In this document: positions 13,901-27,591 of the stretch, piece after piece
Layout: each line of letters begins with the position of its first letter
How positions within the stretch are numbered: position 1 is the first letter of the stretch
Assembly (NCBI GenBank): GCA_951406725.2
Contig: OX597833.1
Coordinates: 68,696,001 to 68,760,000, forward strand
DNA from: Octopus vulgaris
Taxonomy: Eukaryota
Length of the DNA stretch: 64,000 bases
Direction of reading: 5' to 3'
The notes under the pieces: model-generated
The model's database searches: none
The model's input: the letters and a program-made list of their open reading frames with translations, nothing else
Told to the model about the DNA's origin: nothing
Position numbers and translations under genes: made by a program

Positions 13901-15564
13901 ATATATACATACATACATACATATATACATACATATACATATATACATACATATACATATATACATACATACATATACATATATACATACATATACATAT
14001 ATACATACATACACATATATACATACACAGACACAAAATGTTGTTAGAAAAGTGCTACCGCTGTTCTAGTCATTTACAAGTCAATGCTAACAAAATCTTT
14101 TCTTTTCCTCGAGTGTGTATTTCTATATTTACCCGACCTTATACAACCCAGAGTAGAGACATCAAAATAGTTAACTGAATTTCTTTGACAGCAGGCAAAA
14201 ATTAGAAAACATTAGCCTCTTCATTTTGTAATTTTATGACTTGTTTATATTTATTTGAACATTATTCTTAATAATGTTTGTTAGTGTTGTTGTGGTTACT
14301 GTTGTTGTTGTTCTTTTTAATGTAGATTCTTTTCAGAATGAAATTCTATTTCTGCATTAAAATAGAATTTTAATCCAAGAACATGGCGCATATATCAACA
14401 AAAATATAATTTATATGCTTGCCGAAACCGGATGTATATTTGCCTTCTCTCTCTCTTTCCCTCTCTCTCTCTCTCGTTTTTAATCTACTTATATATTTTT
14501 ATATTTTTTTCAATGATTGGCTATCGTGTGTTATTTAACATTGTAAAATTCTATGCATTAGCATTAATGTATCATCTTATCTTTGAAACGACACCAAGTA
14601 AAAAAAATATATATATATACATATCCATATATATGAATACGTTAAAAGAGCTAATTCTTTTATCCGCGCTGACATGTGATTCATTGCTTCCCTTGCTAAC
14701 ATTCCACTCTGTTCAGAATAATGTAATCAATCGGCGTTAACCTTTACATTCTACAATCCTGTGCAATGTATTTGAACCTCTCAGTACAATTTCTACATTT
14801 CATCACGATGCTTCTTTCGATTGCCTTTATCTTTTACTGATTTTTAATTTTTCTTTCTCTCTTTCTCTCTCTCTCTCGGTATTTTCTTTTTCTTTTTCTG
14901 TAAATATATTTTTATACAGAGCGGAGTGTTTAAAGAATTAATATATTCGCCATGGATTTCTCAGTTCCTTCTGACATGCAATTAAATTAGAGAACTATTT
15001 CAATAGAGTTGATTCAGATAGAACCAGTTTCAATTATTGAGCACATGTCATTCTGACACGGAATGCAAACTATTCCTTTGAAGATCCAATAAAAACCGCT
15101 CCGTACAGTTCCATGTATTTGCTGTTTATATCACTTCCACGCAATGCGTTGTACACGGAATTGTATCTCGATTTAGAATCTGTGCAATGTACTGTAGCTG
15201 TAATATCTTGACAAACATATAGAACCAACTTGACTAAATGCAAACATTTATAGCAGGTTTTCCAGCTCAACGGTCCTGGATTTTCTAACATCGCACGCAG
15301 ATATGTTGTTTAATCGTTGTCACATTCCAAACATTTGCCCAAATATTCAAATAATCATTTCTATAACCAACATAATATATATTCAATAAGGACTGAGTTT
15401 AATTTTGCGTTAGAATATGTAATATATATTCATAAGGTATTTCCTGATATAACAGAATACGTACAATATACTTACACACAGAAGTAAGTGAACATTTAAA
15501 ATTTTAAACCAACATATTTCGGTAAGTTACGTGTGTTCCATAACTGTTAGATCAGTCTATTTGA

Positions 15565-15595
<31 letters not shown>

Positions 15596-15632
15596 TCTAT
15601 CCATCTGTCTATATACATATAGTATTATTATT

Positions 15633-15671
<39 letters not shown>

Positions 15672-15762
15672 TCGACAATAAAAGAATGAATGAGACCTCG
15701 ATATTATGTAAAATAGAGGAATTTATCTATAAATATAATATGTGACAATTAGTTGGTTATGA

Positions 15763-15825
15763 TAATAAAACTCAGAGTTTCAGATACCGGGGTTGAAGCC
15801 TGCTCCGGCATCTCATCAGTTATTA
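15763..15825 (-). ncRNA. Minimal type-I hammerhead ribozyme-like motif in a short repeat at about 15672-15860
   Basis: Minus strand reads TAATAA-CTGATGA-GATGCCGG(14-nt loop)CCGGTATC-t-GAAA-CTC t GAG-TT-TTATTA: 6-bp stem I, 8-bp stem II, and one extra U before GAAA. Confidence 0.6.
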
Positions 15826-16555
15826 AGATAAGACGCCATGAAAAAAACCGTTGAATAAAGGCAAAATACTTCAATAGGCACGGTGAATATAATACTTCAT
15901 TCATAAAATCCGCATATGCGCATATATATAAATACATGTACGCAAAAACACATGTATATATATATATATTTATATATATATATATATATATATATACTCA
16001 CACACGCGTGTACATATACATTCAACCACACATATAAACATATGTCTACGCATGCACGTACATACGTACATACACATGCATTTATACCGATGCACGCATC
16101 ACTATGCTCATATATACATCACTACACCAACACACACATACATACGCGGAAAATGTATATACAAATAAAAACCTATATGGAATTTATGCAATCCTATATA
16201 GGAAAGTATAAAACATTTTAATTTCACTTTATTCAATTTATTTATATTTTAAAATTTCTTAATAATCTATGCAGGTTAAATAAAAGCTAGTATAGTATAT
16301 TATTTCCTTATTTGGTTACAAAACATTAAGTGAACTTATTTAGTTCATCTTGATTACCTCCCTTCCATTACATTTTAATATATCTTATAGGCTCTTGATA
16401 TATGTGCTAATTGATAAGGATTTTTTTTACAGGTAATAAAATATGTCTAGCATATTCCTTTAAGTTAAGTCATTAATAAAAATGAATCACTATTTACTAC
16501 CTAACTATAAATCTATATTAATAAAAATTGATATATATATATATATATATATCAA

Positions 16556-16887
16556 GGCACATGGCTCATTGGGTAGAGCGTGGAGCTTATGATCGTGAGC
16601 TTGTGAGTTCGAATCCTGGACCGGGCTGCGTGTTGTGTTCTTGAGCAAGACACTTTATTTCATGTTGCTCCAGTTCACTCAGCTGTAAAAATGAGTTGCG
16701 ACGTCACAGGTGCCAAGCTGTATCAGCCCGTGTCTTTCCCTTGGATAACACTGGTGGCGTGGAGAGGGGGAGGCCGGTATGCATGGGCGACTGCTGGTCT
16801 TCTATAAACAAACTTGCCCAGACTTGTGCCTCAGAGGGTAACTTTCTTAGTGCAATCCCATGGTCAGTCATGGCCGAAGGGGGTCTC
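16556..16887 (+). mobile_element. tRNA-derived SINE, family B (CORE-like central domain), full length
   Basis: A-box TGGCTCATTGG and B-box GAGTTCGAATCC. Central TTGAGCAAGACACTTT...TCAGCTGTAAAAATGAG resembles the CORE domain. A second copy lies at 41596-41921. Confidence 0.85.
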
Positions 16888-17823
16888 AATCAATATATAT
16901 ATATTTATATAAATATGAAATGATTTCTATATTCTTCATCCCTATATAAGATACAAAAATTCATTGGAATCCTTTGGAAAAAAACTATCAAAAGGATATT
17001 TATTTAAAATTACAAGCAAGATTATGGCTGTTAAATGGTTAAGAACATTAGAAATCTGTAGAGCATTAGTCTGTATTCTCCCAACCCCACTAGCTTCAGC
17101 CTACTAACTTTAGCTAAAATACATGCAAATATGTCAAAGTTAAACTCCCCATAATGGGCTTGGATTTATGGCTTTGACATTTGTACTACTCCTTTCCTCT
17201 ATCTATAAATAGAAGAAAATCTTGTTTGACTCCATTGAACCAAATAAAAAAACCATCCCCGTTGATAAATCTAAATAACAAAGTGAACTCAGTGATAAAA
17301 AATCTGTCCATAGGCAAGGACCTTCTACTATCATGTTCTTAATGATGAATTTAACCTCTCTGTCTATATATCTACCCTCTTTGTAATGTTGGCAAATGGA
17401 ATAAGTATAAAAATGAACATTGTCTATTTAATTGGAAAATTCTATATGTGGCTGAAGATTGCTCTACATTTTAAAAATGATGTAATACATTGTTTAATTA
17501 AATGAAGTAGCATGAAACGATTGTACTACACTACCTTGGATATCCTTGTTGCTTATTTTGATTATAATCACCCCATTTGATTTATATGGGTAATACCATT
17601 CCAAATTCTGGTGCCTTTAACTTAAGTACCATATTCATTTGAATCTAAATTTTGTTGAACTTATATATATATACTCACACATACAAACGATAGGTTTCCT
17701 CAGTGTCTGTCTGCCAAATTTAATTACAAGCCATTTGTGAATCCGCAGCTGAAGGTAGCGTAGAGTGGAACTGAACACGAAGCATCATGATTGTGAAACG
17801 AAATTGTTAACCACACGACAACG

Positions 17824-17860
<37 letters not shown>

Positions 17861-18365
17861 ACGAAACAACGAAACACAAGTTCATATAATTTCACAAAAG
17901 ATGTGGCTTATATATATCTAAAATGTCAACAGGCTCCGGGGAGTATACGGTGTCGCATCTACAATTTTTGTGGATAAATTACAAAAGAACTCCATGCGGC
18001 CTTTGTACGCAAACAAAAATGAGAAGTTTTACAAAAACTGGAGAATTCAAAACTAACGTGAAAGCAAAATGTTCATAAGGAAACGAAAAAGAAAAAAAAA
18101 GAAAAAGAAATACACAAATAGCATTCTTAGAGATCCTCAACATCATATAATTAACTGAGAGAAGATGCTGCAAGGGACATTTTCCTTAGCAAATTCCTTA
18201 TAGCTATATTCAGAGAACTATTCCTTATAGTCATTATCAGCGTTCGACATACTCTATTCTCTATTTGTCTCTTTCTTCCTCATGTATGTATATCTGTGTG
18301 TACTACGTGTGTGTGTGTATGTATGTATCTCTCCTCTCTCTCTCTATATATATATATATATAAGC

Positions 18366-18405
<40 letters not shown>

Positions 18406-18471
18406 TTGTATAGATATATATATGTATGTGCGTATATGTGTGTGTGTTTGTATAGATATATATATATATGC

Positions 18472-18508
<37 letters not shown>

Positions 18509-18758
18509 TATATATATATATATATACAGAGAGAGAGAGAGAAAGAAAGAAAGAGAGTGAGAAAGGGCAGAGAGTACTTATCAATGTCATTCTAGTGTTC
18601 TTTACACACACTCACACCGTCACACGTATAAAACGTAAAAGATTATGGATTTGAAATCCCGGTAATTACTGATAAAATCCAGATCTGGTTAATCCCATCA
18701 ACTGAAGGGTAATATTTACAATCATGTAAAATGGGGGACCCACAGCATTCTCCAGCGC

Positions 18759-19376
18759 GATGCTAAAGAAATGGCAGAAGTACTGCAGAAACAATACGGC
18801 TTTGTATTTATTGATCCTACTGATATTGATGTAAGGGATGTGAACTACGTCAATTCCCAACATAATCCTCCCTGCCTCAGACATCATAGCAGCGATAAAT
18901 GGGATCAAATACTACTTTGTTGGAGACCCTGATAGCTCCCCCGCTACACTCTTGTTGGGACGGCCTTAACTTATTCAAACTATTCTCTCCAGCGCCGCCG
19001 TGAGCGATACATTATTTGCACAATGTGGAAACTATACCGCCAGCATTGACCTAACAAACTCAACATTAGCTTCAAAATTCCTCCAAAGCTAGGACCACCT
19101 CCCCTTCCCAAGTCAGGATCATAACACATAAATACACACCAACACAATCTCTTTTCCTCACATAGATCAAAGAGGAAAAGGATCCCATTACCTTTAAAAA
19201 GAAACTGGACAAATAAGCTACCTATTCCTTGATACACCTCACTAAACAATAAATCCCTACTCGAATAGACTATGAAACCACAACACTTGGATTAAAAGGA
19301 TTTAGATAATCCTACCAGGTGGTGGTATTAATTTGGACATGTCCTGGACCAATATTTGGTCGAAACATATCTAAGT

Positions 19377-19378
<2 letters not shown>
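18759..19378 (+). pseudogene. Internally deleted CR1/Jockey-group LINE ORF2 remnant with 3' end
   Basis: Pre-RT peptides DAKEMAEVLQKQYGFVF and SDIIAAINGIK...GDPDSSPATLL are joined directly to C-terminal LQRRRERYIICTMWKL and DPITFKKKLDK. Ends in hairpin GACCAATATTTGGTC before (TA)n. Confidence 0.7.
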
Positions 19379-19409
<31 letters not shown>

Positions 19410-19411
<2 letters not shown>

Positions 19412-19630
19412 GGAGTAATATTTTTGAGCTCATCTTTGTTTATCGCTCGAAAATTGGCCGTTATTTCTAAAGGGTCAATCAAACAAGTCCATTTTTTCAA
19501 AGGTGTAGCGTTTGTAATAGTCTGGATAGAATTCACATATCGGCTCCATTCTAGTAAAAACTGTCCGACGAACGCAACGGGAAACTCGGAGTAACAGGTT
19601 TTGTTGAATTTTCTGCTGCTTTAAATAAAG
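19410..19630 (+). mobile_element. Family F element, single-arm variant with hammerhead-like motif
   Basis: Starts CCGGAGTAA like other F copies. Motif AAAACTGT-CCGACGA-acgcaacgg-GAAA-CTC g GAG-TA-ACAG at 19557-19602. Flanked by (TA)n on both sides. Confidence 0.7.
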
Positions 19631-20309
19631 TATATATATATATATTTGTGTGTGTGTGTATACATGATTTACGACATATCAGTTGATTTATTTCATTATA
19701 ATCTTTTCCCTCTTGGGAAGTTGCTTAGACTGAAAATTAAGCTGTTGAATTCATGATCGTAAAGACTTGTTTTCCATTCATTGATTTGCGGTTATATTGA
19801 ATCCTTGAACAAGGTACTTCATCTCATTCTTCTCCAGTCAATTCAACTGAAAAAATGATTGAACCAATGAAACACAGTTAAGATTTCAAATCAACCGAGG
19901 ATCCACATGTGGCTTCCTCTTAATGTGAATCATTTAAAAACAAATAACATCTTATACAAGTACAGATTAAATATATACCGACTTGAATGCAACGCCGTTG
20001 ATCTATATAAGTTTTATAAAAAAAATTAAATTTAATATTTATAGATACGCTTATTTTCGAAAATTAAAGTACAGAAAATTATATATTTTAAAGAATTTCA
20101 GTTTAATTCGTTCTTGAGAGGTCGATTAAGTACCAAAATATTATGTTATAAAACGTCTTTGTGGAAACATTTTAGCATTCCATTCAAAAGACGTTAATAA
20201 TATTTTGTATGTTAAATGATTATGTTCGAATTTATATTCGGTGAATAATAAACAGAAATCAAAGAACTACAGTAATTCGTGTATTTATAAATCAAACATC
20301 ATAAATTTA

Positions 20310-20597
20310 TACACACACAATCACAAACACACGCACACACATAATACATATATACACACACACACACACTCACAAACACACGCACACATATTACATATAT
20401 ACACACACACATACAATCACAAACACACGCAATCACAAACACACGCACACATATTACATATATACACACATACACACACACTCACAAACACACGCACACA
20501 TATTACATATATACACACACACATACAATCACAAACACACGCACACACAATCACAAACACACGCACACATATTACATATATACACACATACACACAC

Positions 20598-20600
<3 letters not shown>
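20310..20600. repeat. CA-rich minisatellite
   Basis: Recurrent unit TCACAAACACACGCACACATATTACATATATACACAC, followed by (TG)n. Confidence 0.8.
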
Positions 20601-20646
<46 letters not shown>

Positions 20647-21178
20647 TACACAAAAAGACAGAGAAAATGATAGCGGGATATATATATATATATATATAGA
20701 ATTCTATTCATATACTATTAAAACTTAGGCACAAAGACACACACAGAAAATCATGTATATATTCATATATAATAATAGAAATACGCCAACACACACACAC
20801 TACATATATACTACAAAAATACATAAACGCATTCATACACATATATGTGTATGTATACACACATGCATTCGTGCAAGGTTCTGTGATAACGGTTTCAAAG
20901 AAAATTGTCTTTGAAGTTTGTGCTGCGACCAAAAGTAAAAATCGAACAAATTATGGAACTATTGCGAACAGTAAGCAATTCTTATGAATAATTCAATAAT
21001 CGTATTCAAATTCCATCTCCTGGTTATTTATGTGTCTATGCGTACGGGCGTCGTGTATGTGCGTGTTCATGCGTGTGTCCACACGCATATATATATATAT
21101 ATAATGTGTATATATATTCAGATATTCAGTATTGAAAAATATGCTTGCGAGTGTAGATAGATAGATACATAGAGAAAG

Positions 21179-21212
<34 letters not shown>

Positions 21213-21291
21213 TTCAAATTTCTAAATGCTTCTGCTTTATTTGTAGCTAATTGGTTTGTTACTGATCACATATTCTTCAATTATCAATATA

Positions 21292-21678
21292 CTAGCAATA
21301 TAGCCCGGCGTTGCTCGGGTTTGTTTCGACCCTTTAGAATTGGAATTTTTGAAAAGTAAAAAATATTGCATTATGTAGCTTGTTATTCTCTTTAAGTGAA
21401 CATTTTTTCTGGTTCAAATACACCGAAAAATGGTGACACAGCAGTCGAAATAACATAAAATGTAGGGATCTTCATAGAAAAAAATCACCTTTTTGATGTA
21501 AACATTTTTGGTGTTAACATGGTCCGATTTGAAATTTTCCTTCTACGGAAGGAAGAACAAACCTTCTTCTATCATACTCTCAATTTTGGTCAACTTGCGC
21601 CGCAAGGTTTCGGAGGAGATAGTGTTAGTTGAAGGCAACCAAACCTGCCATACACAGATAACTTCAGCTTTAGAGAGA
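21292..21678 (-). mobile_element. Non-autonomous Helitron, second subfamily
   Basis: On the minus strand: 5' TCTCTCTAAAGCTGAAG, and the same 3' hairpin CCCGAGCAACGCCGGG plus CTAG as 5125-5507. Inserted at A|T. Confidence 0.8.
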
Positions 21679-21729
21679 TATGTGTGCGCGTTCACGGAGA
21701 CAGATATGCAAAGTCGTAAGTTTATGGTA

Positions 21730-21766
<37 letters not shown>

Positions 21767-24099
21767 CACAGACACACACACACATGGGTTGAATACGTTC
21801 GATTACCAAAGTACGTATCTCAGACAACATGATCCACCGACATAAATTTCTCAACCAAAACACAGAGTTCAATCAAATAGTTCAAATTTATACGTAACTT
21901 GGCTGCCACCAAGGAGTGATTCCATTTGCTATATATTGCCAATGTAATTGTATTTGAAATATTTGTAACAAAAACGCGCACACGTACATTTATGTAACAC
22001 CACGAATGAACTCGTTCTCATCCAACCACTAAATTTTATCAACGTCGATCCTAGTTAGTTGATAATTGGTTCGCTATTTCTTTTTCAGCTTAAATTAAAC
22101 TAGAATAGAGACAGGAATTATTTTTAGCGGAAAAACAGGTGTTTTATTTTGGAGACTATGAGTTATTACAATTAAGAAACGCTGCAAGGAGGAACTGTCA
22201 AGACACTCGACTAATTTCTATTACTTTAGAATATTAATTAGAATTTTGATAAGTTAAAGTTAAATAACATTTTTGAAGAACTTCTGGAGTTTTATACCAA
22301 TAACTTTTAAATATTGTCATTGTTTCTATATTGCTGTAAAATCATGTGATTTACAACATTAGCAATCGGAGAAAGAGTATTTGATGTAGTTTCTCTGAGT
22401 CTCAATTTTAATGCCAAGTAACTTAAGAAATGGTATGGATAGATTCAAATTTTCATTCTGTTATCAAATTCGTTCAACGCAAAATTTTAAAGAAATTCTG
22501 GCAAATCCATTTAATAGCTATTAAATCCGGCGTTCGAAATGAGAAAATGTATTTATGACAAACCGTAAAACTTCAATAAAATATGTATCTATATGTTTCA
22601 GAAGAATAGTTTCATGGAAATGAGAATCACGGAATAGATAACTAGAGTGCATTCAGTATTCAAGAGAGGATTACAAGTAAATCTTCTTATCAATATATGG
22701 CTTTATCTTGAAGATTATTTCGAGATAGTTGAATGCTGTATCAGAGACGAAAACAAATTTATTCAAAGATTAGTCGCAATTTATCTCTCGTAACTTTCCT
22801 GACACATAAGTGTCGCTGGACGACCAGTCAAATTGACAGCAATAGATTCACATAAGCCGATCGCTGTGTCACTATAACAGATACACTGTTTTTACTTTAT
22901 ACTGAAAATAAAAAAAATTAATGCAGATATATCGCAGCATTAAGCAATGGTATGTTAGTTTGAAAATTATTCAGTAGAATGTAAGTTTGAAAAATATCTC
23001 ACACGATAGGCAGTCGATAAAGTACTTAATGATTTAAGAATAATGTTACCGTTGTTGTTGTGGCTTAACCTTAGGTCAAGCTAGATTCACTAGACTTATA
23101 ATCAATCTGTCTGTCCTGTATATCAAAGTCCACATTATCCTGTAACTCCTTAATTATTCAAGACGGCTGTGTATGATTTCAGACAGATTTGGTTGGTATA
23201 TTTATAGCAGATCGTGTGACCCCGTAGAAACCTACTTGCTGGGTATTTAAATATTGTATTAAGGGATCATATGATAGTAGAATTCATCATGTGAACACAG
23301 GCTTCTGAGATTAAAATAATAACTGCAGTAGCAGCAGCCAAATCCAACTCACATCTCGAACCAAATTTTTAGCATTGTCTCGATGTTAGAATATATTTTA
23401 GAGATCACCTGCAAAGCACAAGGTTATAGTTATGAAGTTTAGTAGAATGGCTACTTGGCTATTAGATGAATGGTTGTCACGTTTATGATTTCAATCGTCA
23501 TTTTCGTATTTACAGGAATATAACATTCGCGATGCACTTCTCTTTTTAAGGCTATATGTACTTGCGAAGAAATTTTACTAGCAGGGCAAGCGATCGCTTA
23601 AATGTTCTCCTATTGAGTCATTTAGATAAACGTCTGAAGCTGGGACCATAGAATATGTATATTTTCAAGGGATGAAAGTCACAGATACGAAATGAAAAGA
23701 ACATTTCCACAATGATAGAAAAAATACCAAAGTTTTCAAATATATTGAAATAATGTCAACACAGGCGAAATAAGGATTTCACGAAAAGAGCGTAACTTGG
23801 GAATGTATATATTAAAAACATAAATATAAGTTTTGAAAGGAAATTGTCATAATTATGTTAATAATAAAGGTGCTGCAAATCGGGGTTTCGACACTAGAGT
23901 ACATTCTTGCGAGAGAAGAAATAACCGTAGAATTTAGACGTAGAATGCTGAAAAGAAATGTAGTGTGATGAACAGATGGAAGAAAAGCGTGAGAAGGAAG
24001 AGATAGGACATTTCTGAGAGAAAAGAAAGAATAGGAAACAAAAACAGGGATAATAATAAACGGGTGAAGATATGATGAAGTTAAGACATATAGGAATGA

Positions 24100-24560
24100 T
24101 GGCGGACCAGTGTCATCGAAGCGGATTGGGCTAGAGCTCGTGTTAATACTTCCACTTAGGCAAACCACATCAAAAAATATAAGCTTTTGCATAATGGCAT
24201 CTTGGATAGGAGAAAGCTTTTACGTATCCGTCTTCTTTCCCTTAAGCATTGTCCAAATCTTTTGCTTTTTTGTAGGACTTTCTCTAGTAGAGTGATATGA
24301 CGTCATATTTAGTGGTATTTTTCTCCAATCACAGGTGTATTTAGCCAGTATATTTTATTCCTCAATTATGCAGCATGGTCATGCGTCTGTTTTTTTGTTT
24401 TTTTTTGGTGGTTGGATGTGAGGGATACCTCTTCAAAACCGATACTCGATATATCTTCTGCTTCTCTGGACCGGTTTTTTCAATTAAATACAGTAACATT
24501 ACTTTTATAAAGACTATTGAGCACACATTTGATTGTATCCCTGCATGAAGAAAAGCTCTC
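24100..24560 (-). pseudogene. Possible very decayed RTE-like LINE 3' portion
   Basis: Only faint collinear motifs (KCVLNSLY, AKYTCDWRKIP), with many stops and frameshifts. Confidence 0.3.
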
Positions 24561-25700
24561 CACTTGAAGTGGACGTATGAGGGGCATTGATCTTTTTATT
24601 CGTTGTACAACTGAATGATAACCGAAGTGTATTTTTAGTAAATAACTTCGTATACCTATTGGTGGGAAGAAAGTACTTCTCAGTTGATTTAATGAACGCT
24701 GGTCACAGCATTTAGAGAGAAAGGAGAAGTAAACCAGATACATTTGCGATGCTGATTTCCATACATATTCACGTATTATTCTTTCACATCAGGGAAATAT
24801 ATCTCCATGCATATGTCAAGATTCTGTTATATTTAACAGTTAATGGATCCTCGAATTTGTTGGTATGGAAATGGATTTCATCAATAAGCAATGATATTAT
24901 TATCTCCAAATTTGTGTATGTTATTTATTATATGTATATTAAACTGGCGCTTATATGATTGATATATTTGTAATACATTTATTAAACGACAAGAAAAATG
25001 TGAAAATTATTTCTGTCACTCCAACAAGAGAATCGCTGGTCTTAATAGATATTGAAGCCAAAATACGCGCGATATATAATACATGGATGTAACGAAAATG
25101 TGAAAATTAGATATATGCTGATGATATACAATGCATCATTGCAAATGAGGATTATTATCGGAAATGTAAATTTAGCACACATTTCTGCTATTGAATATCA
25201 ATGAATCATGGATAATCTAAATATTGATACGATATATAAATATAAAACCTGGTATGTCTATCATTGTTACCTAGTATCCATTTATCAGCGATCTTGTGAG
25301 CTATCATGATTAAAAATGTATCATACCAGTGTTTGCTTTTAACAAGCAACTAAGAAACAAAAGATAATGTAAATGTTGTTAGCCATATATTATACTGGAT
25401 TAGATGCGAAGATAGATAGCACGAACGTGAAAATGAGATCGGGTCGTCAGCTTGAAAACTTTTAAAATAATATGTTTTCGCTTCGTCTTTCGAAAAAGTA
25501 ATCTTATATTCTTCATACTGTCAAGATCTTGATTGGTCTCATCTGTTATTTATAATGAAATATATTGCTCAATGTCTGTATCCTTAACAAACCTCGATAC
25601 TTCAGTAATTTATTGCAACTTTAACAATTCGTTTCTTTTGTCAATAGAACAGCTTATGCGCGTGTGTTTTTGCTTAATGTACAATCCTATGCGTGCTATA

Positions 25701-25732
<32 letters not shown>

Positions 25733-25790
25733 CACATATATACACATATATACATATATACACACATATATATATACATATATACACACA

Positions 25791-25821
<31 letters not shown>

Positions 25822-25843
25822 GTGTTTACTGTTGTCTGATGTA

Positions 25844-25883
<40 letters not shown>

Positions 25884-26444
25884 TATATGTATATATATGC
25901 ATATATGTATATATATATGCATATATGTAAATATATGCATATATATATCTATATATATGCATATATATATGCATATAAATGTATATATAAGTATATATAT
26001 ATATATGTGTGTGTGTGTGTATGTGTGTGTGTGTGCATAAAATTGTAAAGTACAGACGATCGGGGAAGGGAAGAATGGTGGTTTAATGTTTATATTTATA
26101 AAAGTACACTCACACACACAGACATATATATAGCGAAGGAGAGAGAGATAGAAAGTGAGGGAGCGAAAGAGACAAGAGCAGTGAATGAACAGACTAAAAG
26201 ACCAGTAGACACGAACATATTTAGCGCAGCAAAGCTCAGATTACTCCGCTCAGCTTTTGCAAGCATTACTGATGACATAACTGATTAAATGATTTTCATT
26301 ATGTCAAAGATATAAGAAAAACTTAATATGGAACTTACTGAATAATGCATACAAACGAAAGAGAACATGTACAAGGAAATAGTGCATGAAATGAATACAT
26401 ATTAATATGAAACACGCGCGCGCGCACACACACACACACACATA

Positions 26445-27275
26445 GCGAAAGGTGGGGGTTGGAAAATAAGTATGCCGAAGCTTTCATAGGGGTTCTCCAA
26501 GGATCGGTGTTCAGCCCACTCTTGTTCATCATAGCCTTCCAAGGAATAATAGAGGAATTCAAGCCAGACTGTCCATGGGAGCTCCTCTATGCTGATGACC
26601 TTGTTTTTATATCCGAGATACAACCTGAACTAGCGAAGTAGTTCCAGGTATGGAAGGAAGGTCTAGAATCAATGGGCCTATTAGTTTACCTAGCAAAAAC
26701 TAAAGTTTTACTATGTAGGAAGGCAGACAAATCACAAATCTTTTCAGGTATCTGGCCGTACTCTATCAGGAGAAAGGGTGTTGTTAGAAACCCCATAAAA
26801 CGCACCTCGTGTAAACTTTGTACCAGTATCAGAGGAAGGTTAACAGGGAAACTAGTTTTTGTATGTGGAAGATGCACAGGTGAAATATATGCTGAAAATG
26901 GGCAGAAAATAGACTCCATCAAGCTAGGGGTAGTAAATAGCTTCCGTTGTGTAGTGGAGGTGGATGCTCCGAAACGTAGCTCTGAGAATAAGATTAGGCT
27001 AAGCAAAATTCAGAGACCTCCTTCCTCTGCTAGTAACAAAGGCCTCTCGCTCTGAGCGAAAGGCATATTGCTTGATGCCTGTCCGCAAACAGCTGTACTG
27101 CATGGCAGTGAAACATGGGCTATTACCATCGAGGACATGTGTAGACATGAAAGGAATGAAGTCAGTATGCTTCGCTGGATGTATAATGTCAGTGTGCATA
27201 TTCGACAGAATGTAAGCACCTGGAGAGAAAAGTTTAGGGATAAGAGGTATGAGATGACAGCGCTGGCATGGTCAT
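26445..27275 (+). pseudogene. RTE-clade LINE reverse transcriptase fragment
   Basis: Peptides GVLQGSVFSPLLF, PWELLYADDLV, GLLVYLAKTKVL, a Cys-rich insert (FVCGRCTG) and LHGSETW...ERNEVSMLRWM. Contains a stop at 26639-26641 and frameshifts. Confidence 0.9.
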
Positions 27276-27299
27276 ATATATATATATCGCCATGTTGAA

Positions 27300-27509
27300 T
27301 CGCTAGCTTCTGCACGCATTTTTTTCTCTCCTTTTTTTCTCTCCTTGTTTCTCTCCGTGTTTCTTTTCTGTGTATCTTTCTGCTGAAGAGTGTAGGCTCG
27401 AAACGTAAAAGACTTGTTTTATTTATATTTCCTGAGCGCCATACTAATACAATTGTTTGTTTGTACTCCACCTGCCTTCGTCTTTTGTTTATTTTCATAA
27501 AGCTTCCCG

Positions 27510-27511
<2 letters not shown>
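27300..27511 (+). mobile_element. Family G short repeat with hammerhead-like motif
   Basis: TCTTT-CTGCTGAA-GAGT gtag GCTC-GAAA-CG-TA-AAAGA at 27375-27412. The 3' end abuts (TA)n. Confidence 0.65.

Positions 27512-27591
<80 letters not shown>

Noticed and set aside
16556-16630. tRNA-like sequences at SINE heads
   Set aside because: They have A/B boxes but no complete cloverleaf and are fused to SINE bodies, so they are not tRNA genes.
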